DNA of 64,000 nucleotides, taken from the NCBI GenBank assembly GCA_951406725.2, contig OX597831.1, forward strand, positions 41,726,001 through 41,790,000. The letters run 5' to 3'. Below the pieces are notes generated by a model, which was given only the letters and a program-made list of their open reading frames with translations, did no database searches and was not told the origin of the DNA. The translations under genes and the position numbers were made by a program. Of this stretch, positions 47,464 to 60,399 are shown piece after piece; position 1 is the first letter of the stretch, and each line of letters begins with the position of its first letter. Origin of the DNA: Octopus vulgaris (Eukaryota).

Positions 47464-49128
47464 GGATCTTTTCTTTTTGAAAGCCAGATTTTTCATATTT
47501 TTCTAGTTAACTAAATAATTTGAAACTTCGTATACTGGTCGAATGTGTCAAAAGAAAACAATAATTTCAACTAGTTTTTTTGACAAAAATGTATTTTATA
47601 AGTTTATACGTAGTTTAAATCTGCGAATTTTAACCAATCATATTCTCTGTATTCATTTGAAATTATTTGCTCCGTCTAAACATATTGTTACTGTGACGTA
47701 AACAGCACACACGTACTGTTTACTTTGGATGAATAATAAACACGTATTCAGTGTTTTTGTATAGGCTTCGGGTGTTTTCTCTATACAACGTATATATTTA
47801 CTATAAACTTGTGCACACGCTTTGATTCTTCAGTTTGACACACGCCTTGAACCGGTTATTTGGCTTGTATGCACCCACATACACACACGTACCCATCCAT
47901 ACGCATACTCGCACATAATCAGGGCCCCTCTGCGTTTTCGCTCGTCGATGTGCTAGGAATAACACCCAAATCCCCTTAAAACCATATACTACTGGTACAT
48001 TGGCTAATATAATCATAGATGCTATATCTGAAAAGGGGGGGGCGCAAAAATACGGGTTGGTCATAGTTGGAACCCTTTGATCCTCAACCGGGTTTATCAG
48101 GATGACCTGAGTTAAATAGCAATAACAATATATTTGTAATATTGATTATAGACACAAAGCATATATTTTGGGGTGAGTGGAGGGTATAATCATTTATATC
48201 GATCTCCAATACTTGATCGATGTATTTTCTCGACCGTGGAAGAACAGACGGCTTGTTTTGAATTCCGGTGAGGGTTGAAACCCGAACGTATAGGACCGTA
48301 TCCCTAAACATTCAAACAGTCCTTTACCAAGCCCTTGTCAGCATGTAATATCATCTGATCCACATTATCTCTCTATTATTTGTCCACGCGTAAAAATATA
48401 TCATCAAGGTGACATAGTTAAACTTCGACGAAAAATATAATGTAAAGCTGGCAGAATCGGTAGTGCATCGGATAAAATGCCTAGCGTCATTTCTTACGAA
48501 TCTTTACGTTCCGTGTTCGAATATTGCTGAGCTTTCCTTCTTTCGGGCGGCGCTTATAGAATAAGTACCAGTTGAATACAATCGACTAGTTCTTCCCATA
48601 AGCTTCAGGCCTTGTACTTACTGGGGAAAGAAATATTATTACGACAGGGGGTGGGCAGTTAAAATGTTTTAAAACGTGGATTTTTCAGAAAAATAAGATT
48701 TAATGCGAATTACATGTATTTTAGAGTGACGAAAATTACCGAAACCCCTCCAAACATTTACCATCGAAATTTCATTTTATTCTCGACAGCTATTTCGAAA
48801 GCCCGCCGTATTTTTATTATTATTCTGTCTGTTTAGGACTTTGTTATATGGGACGGTGATGTTTACATTTTGATACGTTAGCTACGTCACAAAATAGCTG
48901 TTTACGTCACAGTAACAATATTTTGAGAAACAGTAAATAATATGAGGCCGAAAGAAAGAATATCATTGGTTAAAATTCGAATTTTTAAACAAGGTTAAAC
49001 TTAGAAATTACAATTCCGTTTTCATTTTGGTTTACAATTATGTTTTCTTTTGACACATTCTACCAATATACGAAGTTTCAAATTGTTTAGTTAACTAGGA
49101 AAATCTGGCTTTCAAAAGGAAAAGATCC
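47464..49128. mobile_element. Non-autonomous DNA transposon with long (~240 bp) TIRs and 8-bp TSD
   Basis: GGATCTTTTC...GAAAAGATCC; TSD ACCTCGCC (47456-47463) / ATCTCGCC (49129-49136); empty site at ~33190 in copy 1. Confidence 0.85.
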
Positions 49129-49675
49129 ATCTCGCCTTAGAATTCACTTCAAAATAAATAAGAAGCTCACGCGGTCGCCAGACAAGCTTACAGGCACCTT
49201 GCAAGAACTGCTCAGCTTATATTCGTATGATTCAGTAAGATATGTCTTTGGAAAATTGGAAAACTGGCATTGGTGTAGAAAGTGGAACGTTTTCAATATA
49301 TCAGTTTTAACAGCTCGGTCAGTAATATATATGTAGGCTTGAAAATACTCTAGGAACTCATGTAACCGTTTCATTCTTAAGCGATGTCATGTCTCCGTCA
49401 CAGGAACGAGCAGATTCAGTGGCGTGGTTTGATCTATTGGATACTCAATCAGTAATCCATTCGATAACTCTTGTATTCAACTGACTCATTCACGGCAATA
49501 ACAATATATAATAAATAAATAAATAAATAAAACTTACAAAGCAACAAGTAACAAACAATTTTCATTTAAAACACAAGGAAATATAAAATCAACACCTGCG
49601 TGTGTGTGTGATGCATTTTATTTCATTTTATGTTAGACATTACGATTAACAGAATTTACAGCGATTTTGTTCCGA

Positions 49676-52600
49676 TTAGTTTCCGTCTCCTTTGCCCAAG
49701 ATACTGAAAAGAATAAAAGAAAAGAAAAGTATTTAGACTAAAGTTTACCAAATATTGTACTTTTTGCATTGTTTATCGAATAAGAAATGCCGTCATGTAT
49801 CGCAACGTTTAGCACAAGATTTATGTTTTACATTGAAATTCTTAAAATTTGTAGTGATCCTATAACGGCGCGCGCTCGCGCACCGTCCATTTGTATTTCG
49901 CGCGTGTTGGTGCCTTTACCAAGGCAGAGAGAGGAAGGGCCCTCTCGCGCATGCGCGAAGCACCGGAAGAAGAACCCTTTGCCTACGTGGCAGTTAGCCG
50001 AGGCAAGGGGGTCGTAAGACGTTGACCACCAGCGTCCAGCAGCAGCGGCGACTTGGGACAGCTGCGACCGAAGGAGACGGACGTGTATTCTCGCTGTCCA
50101 GCTTTGATAGCAGTCGGCCGAAAGCTATTAACCAAATTGTTGCCGACCACATTCAACTTCCCTGTTCGACGCCATCTTGAACCCGTTCTGGTTTTAGCGG
50201 CTGAATATTGTAAATATTACAATCGATTAACTTTCAGCCTTGCGCGCCCCGAACCAAGGACATCAGATAACCACTTATTGTTATTGTTACCAAGAAAGAG
50301 AATAAAGTAGTATATATATATTTTACGTCTGCGTCTTGTTGTTTCTGACTGGTAGAATTCTGGATTATTAAAGCAACGGCTAGTGATTGCTTTCTTGTAC
50401 CCCGAAAGTACAAGAGACGATATTCAAACTCATCAAGTTTGTTACAAATTCTTCTAAAACGTTAGTGTCCTTTTAATTCACATTGGTTGTATAAATGTCC
50501 GTGGTCTGATGTCGAGTTGGAAGCAAGAGCGCTTCCTAAACGATATCTAGCTTCCAGTAATACGGTATTTACAGAAATCCTGGAATATTGTGCTATATTG
50601 TACAATAGACAGCAGTTCGTATCAAGTAAACAGACCATATTTTTGAAGTTGATTAATTTACAAGCAGTGTATTAGAAATAGCTTTGTTCTTCACCTCTTT
50701 TTTTCTATGAAGATTGACCAAGATTAAATCTGCTGTTTTAGAAGTGTATTGAATTTATACATATAACTCTTATTCGTCTTCTTAGAGACAGTGTACAGAA
50801 TCTATAGTAGTTGGCTGTTTTCCAGGGGTGAGAGAATGACAGGCATGTTAAATCCGCTAAATGCCGCACAAAAGAGAGAGGCATGTTCCTCTGGCAAGGT
50901 CCCGGGTGAAAGACAAATGTTCCTCTGGCAAGGTGCCCAGCGAAAGAGAGTCATGTTCCTCTCGCAAGGTGCCCAGTGAGAGACAGTGAGATATTCCTGC
51001 GGCAAGGTGTCGCGTGAAAGAGAGAAATTTGTGCTAGAAAGAGATAGACGTACGAGAAAGAGATAGACATATCCATTCGCCGAAATGCTGGACAAAAGAG
51101 AGGCGTGTTTTTCCGGCAAGATGCGAGAGATGTTCCTCCAGCAGGTTGTCGGGTGAAAGGCAGATGTCCCTCCGAGAAGGTGGACGGTAAAAGAGAGCCA
51201 TGTTCTTCCGGCAAGGTACTGGTTGACAGAATTCTTTTGGGGCTCTGTATTTATACATGTTTCAAAGCCAAAAGTAGGTCCGAAGAACAGAGAAGGTAAA
51301 AGCTATTGTGAGATGGACTAAATTTAACCTAAGATGTTCAGTAAACGAATAAGGCTTATCTAAGTTGAATGGAGTATGACAGTTAACTCTCGTGAATTTC
51401 GAATTTCCAAGTAAGAATTTTGAGAACAATAGAAACCTACAGAAAAATTTAGACTAAGGTTTCGATTTCTGGTTAAGAATAGAAAACGAACCATTTCACT
51501 TTATTTTTTAATTTTCTTTGTTTACTTTCCATCGTATAAACGTTTATATATTTGTTTTGCAAGATTCTCGATGTGAAATCGTGTGTTGAAACAGATGGTG
51601 TTGTATTTAGGAATGGTCATTTTGCCAGTTTAGCCAATAAAAACACACGCACTATATATTTGGTGTTAATTTGCTTCAGCTGACCGTTAGTAAGGAGAGA
51701 CACACAAATAAGAAAGAAAGAAGAAAGCAAAGGACCACTGATGAGGTCACAGATATGTGACGAAAGAACTCTGGCCGAAATAAGATTAAGATTAATGTAA
51801 AAAATAAATAAAGCTGAACCAAATTAACACCAAATGTATAGTGCGTGTGTTTTTATTGGCTAAACTGGCAAAATGACCATTCCTAAATACAACAACATCG
51901 TATAAACGTTATGCTGAGTACATGGTGCAGTATAACGTGATTTAAGAATTTATACGGATTAATAAATATCAAACGGACCCTGCTTTAAAAATGTATCAAT
52001 TTGAATCTGTGAAATACAATTTAGCTTTTTACGTTTCGTAGTTTATTTTATATTTAAAGTATATGTATATCGGCTGTATCCTGAAAACCGGAAAATTCAG
52101 AAATCCGGAGCATTTCTAGTCCCTAGCTTGCTAGGTATTTAACCCAATACTTTACAAAAAATTGAAGGAACGCTAAAGTAACACGGGCAGAGAAATTTTA
52201 CGTTGAAACGTGTTCCGTAGTACTGTCATTAAAATAAATTTTGTGCGTGCGTGTGCGTGTACACATTGTGTATTGACTTACATTCTACAGGCTGCTCCGC
52301 ACAAGAACGCCCAGAAATTTGGAACGTTATTTTCACAAGCTTTTTCACAGTCGTCACCCAGATCCAGATGTTTAATGTGATTAATTACATCGATGACTGC
52401 AAGAGAAATTAGAACAAATATTGAAATAATGTTTCTAATGTTGGATTTTAACATAAGTAGAAGGAATCGAAACAGTTTGAGAGAGAGAATGAAGTCGGAG
52501 AACGGAAAATAGAATCGAAAACTGCGGCATTTTATATTGGAAGCCAGCAGAACTTAAGATAGTGTAACTAAATAGAACATAATTTGTTTTTTATGTTTAA

Positions 52601-55569
52601 TTGAGTGACTTCGAGAATTATAATTATAATGTGGAAGCACTCCGTCGGTTACGAGGGTTCCGGTTGATCCGATCAACAGAACAGCCTGCTCGTGAAATTA
52701 ACGTGTAAGTGGCTGAGCACTCCACAGACACGTGTACCCTTAACGTAGTTCTCGGGGATATTCAGCGTGACACAGAGAGTGTCAAGGCCGGCCCTTTGAA
52801 ATACAGGTACAACAGAAACAGGAAGTAAGAGTGAGAGAAAGTTGTGGTGAAACAGTACAGCAGGGATCACCACCATCCCTGCCGGAGCCTCGTTGAGCTT
52901 TTAGGTGTTTTCGCTCAATAAACACTCACAACGCCCGGTCTGGGAATCGAAACCGCGATCCTACGACCGCGAGTCCGCTGACCTAACCACTGGGCCATTG
53001 CGACTCCACTTTAATTATAATACAGGGAAAGTCAATATGGTATTTATAACGGAAAAGTGTATGGGATTGCAGGACATTCATGCCATTCTCGACGTCATAA
53101 GTTAGGTAAACATTTTTTCTGGTCTGCTAACTATTCTTTTTACTAAAAGCACAAAAACTGAAATTTGAGGTGAGGGTCTTATTGATTACATCGAGTCCAG
53201 TGCTTGACTGATATTTTATTTTATCAATAGAGGAAGGGTAAATGACAAAGTCGACCTTGGCGGTATGCGAGACTAGAAATGTGCTAAGCATTTTGCCCGG
53301 CGTGGTAACGATTCTGCCGGCCTGCTGCCTTTATAAACAGAATAATCTCCTACAAAGCATTACCGTGCTCACAAATACAATGATGTAACTTTAAGACATG
53401 CAGACTTTACACAGACAAAATTTACACATAAACATTAGACAAAGAAAACCATCATTAGAAATCGTACGCATATTACGAAAAACGCTGATAGAATACGTCC
53501 AGAGATACCGTCCTGTGTTGACGATAAGCGTTCATTAAAGCACCGACTACATCGTTTTCAAATGTTGGCACATTTTAGAGTAGGGATTAAGTCGATTACA
53601 ACGCCCCTAGTGCAATTTCAGAGTAGGGGTTAAGTCGATTACAACGCCCCTAGTGCTCAACTGGTACTTATTTGGTGGACCCCGAAAGGAAAAAAAGGTA
53701 AAGTCGGTCTCGACAGAATTTGAACTCAGAAAATAAGGACGGACAAAATTCCACTCAGCATTTTTCCCGGCGTGCTAACGATTCTACCAGCACGCCGACT
53801 AGAAGCACGGATTATATCGACTAATGAAATGATCGTCTGCACCGGTGGATGGTGTTACCGTATCATGTGATTTTACCAATTTTGTGAATCATCAGGTTAG
53901 CCAGTCTTGTGCTGATTGCCAGAACGGAAAACAGTCGAATGTGTATATAATAGTAATAGTCAAACAGCCAGTGATGCCGCAAAAATCCGGCGGGCTACTA
54001 ATAAATTAGTAGCATTTGAACAAATGATATTACTATATGCAACCTAAACTGGATGTGTTGTTTAGTACACTTTTAACTGGTGTATACGTCCAGAGATACC
54101 ATCTCATGTTGACGATGCATACTAATTAATCACTGACTATGTCGACTGATGAAATGACCGTCCGCACCCGTGTGTGGCACATGACTTCACCATTTCGTCC
54201 CATCATCAGAGATAGCTAGCCTCGCACTGAATGCTAGAACGAAAAGCAGTCGAACTCGTATACTATAACAATAGCCAAACGGCCAGTGACGCTAGAAAAA
54301 GCCGGAAGGTTACTAATAAAGTAAATGGTCTGAAATTTGTGAGTGTAAAAAAAAAACAACCTCCTCAACTGTGATAAGTTTTCTACACGAACTGTTTGCG
54401 AGATTTGGCATCACGGACGTGATAGTGTCTGACAATGGAACGCAATTTGTGTCTAGCGAATTTGAAATATTTTGTGAAACGTTCGCAGTAGAACATATGA
54501 CCACTGCGCCAAACCATCCCAGATCTAATGGATAGGCAGAACGCTTCGTCGATACTTTGAAGAGAGCCCTAAGAAAATCGAATAAGGAAGCCACAGAATG
54601 AAGTCACAAGGGCCCAACATAGAGTGTGGCAAACAAGGGCAGTTAGGACACCACATAGGAGACAACACATCTATATGAATATATGATTATGCAATAATGG
54701 GGTTATGAATGGTTGCATGCGCCCCTCATCACATGCATTACCATTAATCTTTTTAAACTGTCCGTTTTTATCATGTATTTACATAACAATTAATTATCTT
54801 CTACCATTACAATTATTTGAACCGTTATACGTGCTCTAAAATTGTTCTTCTATTTTCCGATATTATTAAACATAACATAAAACACTTATACACAACTTTC
54901 TCTGGCTGCCTACTATGTACTCTCCTCGTTTATAGTGACTAGGTTATTCCATTTGTCCTGTGAGTGGGGTGTACTATTATTACTAATTTCCGACAACAAA
55001 TACAGAAATGCGATTGGTTGGACAGTTGAAGCACGCAATAAAAATATGACAACTAGAATAATAATAGTAATAATACTATCTACAATTGGTAAAAAGCCTG
55101 AAATTTTAGGAGAGGGGACTAGTCGATTACATTGAGCCCCGTGCTCAACTGGTACTTATTTTATCAACACTAACATGATGAAAAGCAAAGTAGAACTCGG
55201 CTGAATTTAAACTCAGAATATAAACCCGGAAGTAATGCCGCTAATCATTTTGTTTAGCATGCTAACGATTTTGCTAGGCTACCGTCTCAAACATTATTAT
55301 TGTAAGCGTGATGGACTAGCAAATTCGAGAAGACCATTATTTTGTCACAGCTGCAAAAACTTTTGGTAAAAGGCAAATCTGCCCGACCAGCGTTGACCTA
55401 GGGTTAAACAACAACAACAACAATAGCAAAGCTGTCATTCTGATACACAAAATATTTATATAAGGATTTGCTTTTACTTACTTGAAAGTCTTTTGTCGAC
55501 CTCCTCATCATAGAGGCTGGCGGAGAAGACGATGGGAAGCAACACTAAACACAAAAGGACGAGCTTCAT
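49676..55569 (-). CDS. Gene F secreted Cys-rich prepropeptide, 76 aa; exons 55569-55482, 52396-52282, 49703-49676; MKLVLLCLVLLPIVFSASLYDEEVDKR|LSIIDVINHIKHLDLGDDCEKACENNVPNFWAFLCGAACRIILGKGDGN*
   Basis: Reverse-complement exons, canonical splice sites, open frame; duplicate of D. Confidence 0.92.
49850..50446 (+). mobile_element. Solo LTR in gene F intron 2
   Basis: TGTA...TACA ends, AATT TSD on both sides, AATAAA at 50301, empty site at ~33920 in gene D. Confidence 0.88.
50870..51220. repeat. Degenerate ~33-37 bp minisatellite (ATGTTCCTCTGGCAAGGT core)
   Basis: About eight diverged units visible. Confidence 0.75.
51732..51776 (+). ncRNA. Minimal type-I hammerhead ribozyme in a Penelope-like inverted repeat
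   Basis: GGACCA CTGATGA G GTCAC AGATAT GTGAC GAAA GAAC TC TGGCC, lying between inverted arms ~51600-51681 and ~51812-51895. Confidence 0.7.
52631..53009 (-). mobile_element. tRNA-derived SINE with TSD in gene F intron 1
   Basis: A box TGGCCCAGTGG and B box GGTTTCGATTCCC on minus strand; flanking TAATTATAAT duplication; empty site at ~34830. Confidence 0.85.
54322..54592 (+). mobile_element. Gypsy integrase fragment, inverted relative to the copy in gene D
   Basis: Reverse complement of ~36405-36670. Confidence 0.85.
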
Positions 55570-55590
55570 GTCTAAAATATAAAGTAAACG

Positions 55591-55640
<50 letters not shown>

Positions 55641-55646
55641 GTAGAT

Positions 55647-55694
<48 letters not shown>

Positions 55695-55783
55695 GGTCTT
55701 GTTAGAGTATGTCAATATGAAGTTCTAGGCTAGAGAGAAGAAATAAGGAATGTCATTGAAATGTACTAAAAACTACAAACAAA

Positions 55784-55935
55784 ACTCACTGAAATGCATG
55801 TGGGATACAATTTGTTAAAAAAGGGAAGCAAGAGGTTTTATATAGTAAATTAATTTTGACTAGCATCTGTATTTTCTCATATCCATGTCAACTTAACGAA
55901 ATCAACTGAACCACGTAAATTAAAGATAAGTGTTG
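55784..55935 (-). promoter_or_regulatory. Putative promoter and non-coding exon 0 of gene F
   Basis: Minus-strand TATATAAAA 55844-55836, donor GTGAGT at 55789, CATCTG near 55864, AGATAAG near 55924. Confidence 0.7.
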
Positions 55936-55997
55936 AGAGAGATATTTACACAGCTGTTTGGTTCCCAGCAAAATCGCCGTAAACTATAAATATTGTA

Positions 55998-57270
55998 CGA
56001 GGGGCGTTCAATAAGTAATGCCCCTGACCCACTTCCCATAGCAACGAAACTTGGCACAGTTATTAGTCTTTTTCTACATAGGAACCACCCAGAGTTATGC
56101 ATTTCTCCCATCGTTTGATGCAGCTCTGAAGACCGTTTTTGTAGAAGACCCCAGCTTGGTCCTCCAACCACGACGTGACTTCAGAAATCAAGGCTGCATC
56201 ATCTGGGAAACGCTTTCCTTTCAAAAACAACTTCATGGCTGGGAAGAGGTGAAAATCAGAGGGTGCAGGTCAGGTGATGGGGGATGAGTTCATAGCTGCA
56301 CGCCTGTGCTTCTGATCTGGCGACACGCGAGTTGTGGATCGGAACGTTGTCCTGCAGGAGGAGGATGCCTTTGCTGATCTTGCCCCGCCTCTTGATTTTG
56401 ATAGCTTCTCTTAATTTCTTCAAAAGTGAAGCATAATAGACTCCTGTAATTGTGGCACCCTTTGCCAAGAAATCTGTCATCACTACTCCGTCCTGGTCCC
56501 AGAAGACTGTGAGCATGACCTTGCCAGCGGAGGGCTGCACCCTTGCCTTCTTTGGAGGAGGTGAGTCACGGTGCTTCCACTGCATTGACTGGGCTTTGGT
56601 CTCTGGATCATAGTGATGGACCCAGGTTTCATCCTGTGTAATCAGTCTTTTGAAAAATGTTGACTCATCTTCTTGGCACATCTTCAAATTCATCCTCGCG
56701 CTATCGACGCGTTCTTGCTTCTGGAAAGGTGTGAGCAGCCTGGGAATCCATCTGGCAGACACCTTTTGCATATGCAAATAGTCATGAATGATAGTTTCTA
56801 CAGACCCGGTACTAATCTTGACCTCATGGGCTATTTGGCGAATAGTTATGCGTCGATCTTCCAAAATGGCAGCCTCAACTTGACGGACAGATGCCTCATC
56901 AATGGCAGAAGGGGGCGACCAGATCTGGGAGCTGTTTCCACAGAGTTCCGACCATGTTTGAATTCACGATGCCAGCGTTTTACAAGGTCATATGATGGGG
57001 CATCATCACCATAAGTTACTTTCATTTCATCAAAAGTCTCCCATGGTGTGCGTCCTTTCAAATACAAAAACCGCATCACTGCTCGACACTCAACAGGCTC
57101 CGTTTCACACTTGACTCAGTTCAAACACCTGTAAATCAGAAACCACAATAAGTTCAGAGCTGTAATTTGCCACTTAATCTATAGAGATATAGGTAATTGC
57201 ACATGCAAAATTTCAGCTAGATCAAACAATTGCAAGTGGGACAGAGGCATTACTTATTGAACGCCCCTCG
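55998..57270 (-). mobile_element. Full-length mariner element with frameshifted transposase
   Basis: TIR CGAGGGGCGTTCAATAAGTAATGCC at both ends, TA TSDs (55996-97, 57271-72), WIPRLL, TQDETW, LLQDN motifs; frameshifts near 56900 and 56270; absent in copy 1. Confidence 0.95.
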
Positions 57271-59385
57271 TATTTCACAACTTTAAAAGAGTTAATCAGT
57301 TGTGTTTGTTTCGTTTTTCTCTGGTGTACAATCTACCCCTGGGTGCCTTCAAATATAAGTCGAGTTTTTCAGAACCGAGACAAAGTCAACCGGACTGACA
57401 TGAAGTTACTTGTGCATAAGGAAGTTGTCACCCTCATTGTCCTGCATGGATCAGAAACTCGAATCATCTACATCCGACAGTTGATCTTACTGGAGTATTT
57501 CCACCAATATATTTAGTGCATCATGGAGATGTTTCATCAAACCTGTCATAGGCACTTAAGCAAGGAACTACTCTGTTCTGCTACGCATCTTGAGCGATTC
57601 ATCAAATAGTGTTTATATAATCTCTGATCTAAAAGGATTACAGAGGCTCATAACATATCCTGTCCACTTACAAAGTACGCGTTGTGAGATGGCATGGTGG
57701 TTTACCACTAGTTAGTCCGATCATGAAGCCCTGTGATCAAAAGGCGCTCCGACCATAATCATCTCATCCTTTTTGCCTTTCGCATATAGTGTGTCTAGTA
57801 TTTACATAAGTCGAAGCTGACCATATTCTACACAAGTATATGCTGGCCTGTTACCATCTAAGAGAAGGTAACTCCGCATACAAATCCTGCATCTTGATAA
57901 CTACTGGGTTCGTTGCACTAGTTGCACCAAACCAATACAAGCGTGGGGGACGAGAGAATGGATTGGCTCTGCACAAACCATGCCTACTATAACGTTCACC
58001 GTGCAGATTGTTCAGCAAACCAAGACACCAACACAAAACGCTTTCAAACTGCCTTCATAATTCTCGTGGCGAAGGACTTCGTGCAACTGTCTCTTGTTCA
58101 ATCCTGAGCGACGAGAGAATATAAGATAAAATGAGCTCTGATCAATCAACCCAATAAACAAAAGGCAATTCAACCGTGACCGACTCATCATCTTTGCTTT
58201 TCACTTACCGTGTGTCTATGGTCGAAGTTGACTGTGTACCTCTGTACATGAATATGGTGACAATGGTAAGCTATTTTCTGTAAGACTGGTAGTTAATTAT
58301 ACATGCGAATCACTCTTCGCTATGTCAATGTTGGTTATTCAAAGAAAAATCCGCCGACTTGGGCTGATCTATCAGTCTCCCCACAGGCATTCATGTCACT
58401 ATGCAAAGAACCGGGAATGATTACACAAGACATATTGTCTGATCCTCTCACAGCTCCGTCAACCCGTTACTCTAGTTTGGTACATTTTTATCTACCATGA
58501 CAGAAAGAAATATAACAGGTTTGCATGGTGTAATGCATTCTTAATCTTTAAACTGGAGGAATGTAGACTGAAGGATGTTATGCTGTTTCTAGTAAATCGA
58601 TCAACTACGTAAAGGTAATCATTGAATTAAACGCGTGAAAATTCGCTTATGGTTTCCATTGTGATATGGAATTAAATATTTCAGTTGCTTACCCTGGGTC
58701 AGACCTTCTAATGCAGGGAGACTCAGTTACTATGTTAAATTACATGACATAAGCTAGTAAGCATCTTGCTTTAGAGGCTGAGCTCAAGGAAGTGGAGGTC
58801 ACTCTGAATACTGACATCTTAGAACCAGTCACTAGAAGTAGACTATTAGACCCTGAAACTTCATGTCAAACCAGTTCGTTTACAGTCTTAATGGCTGATG
58901 AGTGCTCAGCATTTTAAAACTGTTGTAATAGTTACAACATTTAATAAAATGATGTAGTACGAAACGATCGCACCAAATTACCGAAGTTATTCTTGTTGAT
59001 TATTTTGATTATAATCACCCCATAGATTTATATGGATAACACCATACAAAATTCTGGTGCATCTAACTTAAGTACCATATTCATTTGAATCTAAATTTTG
59101 CTGAACTTATATATATATGGCTCAGTGGTTAGAGCGTCGAGGTTACGATCGTGAGGTTGTGAGCTCGAATCCCGGACCGGGCTGCGTGTTGTGTTCTTGA
59201 GCAAAGCACTTTATTTGTTGCTCAGTTACTTGTAGAAATGAGTTGGACGTCACTGGTAGCTGTATCGATTTGTCCCTTGGATAACACTGGTGGCGTGGAG
59301 AGGGAGGCTTTATATGGATGAACACCATACAAAATTCCGGTGCATCTAAATTAAGTACCATATTCATTTGAATCTAAATTTTATG

Positions 59386-59423
<38 letters not shown>

Positions 59424-60399
59424 GACAGGCTTCTTTCAGTTTCCATCTATCAAATCCATTCACAAGGCTTTGGTTGGACCGAGGCTATAATAGAATACAC
59501 TTGCCCACGGTGCCACGCAGTATGACTGTATGACTGAATCCGGAAACCATTTGGTTGGGAAGCAAGTTTCTTACCACACAGCTACGCCAAGAATTATACA
59601 ATTTTTCTTTATTTGCTAATACACACTTTAAAAAGATGAAAATTAAAGAAAAAAAAAAGCGGAAGACGGAGAGGGAAGGGGGATGGGCCACACGTCACAG
59701 AACCAGTGGGGTTCTCAGCCCCCGCCTTGCAATAAAGACCGCGATGACGTTGCCGCGATGACGTTGGTCAGTGACAATCGCTGCAGTAGTCACTCCTCCT
59801 CGCAGGGCTCATTTCTCCAACGGAGCGCTACTATCCCTTATTTTGCTATACGCATTCTTACACATACTTGCCGATCGCTCTGCTATATATTAATATATAA
59901 AACTTGTCTCGAACTAGCGGTACATCCTTACATATCACGATGGTACTGCTACTTCAAAGATTCGAAATTTAATCATAATTTTCGACACTTAAAGTCTCAG
60001 AGAGGGTATTGACCATCCACATCCACATCCGCCAACCTAGAGTTCCCCTAAGAGCCGAAACAGATATTACCAGACGTCCTGCCTGACATTTTAATACTTC
60101 CACCAAAACTGCACCCAATACTGTAATTTCTTTTTCCAATAAGCCCCCGAAAGAATGAAAGGTAAAGTTCACCTTGAATCGCAAATCCATGCGGTTAGGA
60201 TTTGCTTTAAGGAAAAAACACTTTCCTTTCCAAAGTGTTCGAACTCTTGGCCAGTGCCAATGAATAAGTGATAATTCTACGCCTCCGCCTTTGTCAAATA
60301 TGTTCCAGCCCTTGATATTGGTGACAATGTGACGGATATGTTCTAAGCACAGTTAAGCCCCGTCGTCGTCGTCGTCATGTATTGTCCCACTGCAGCTCA

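Noticed and set aside
50870-51220. Regularly spaced repeats resembling a CRISPR array
   Set aside because: Degenerate minisatellite without unique spacers, in a eukaryotic intron, with no cas genes.
52930-53009. tRNA-like A/B boxes (also 59119-59180)
   Set aside because: SINE heads attached to repeat bodies with flanking duplications, not tRNA genes.
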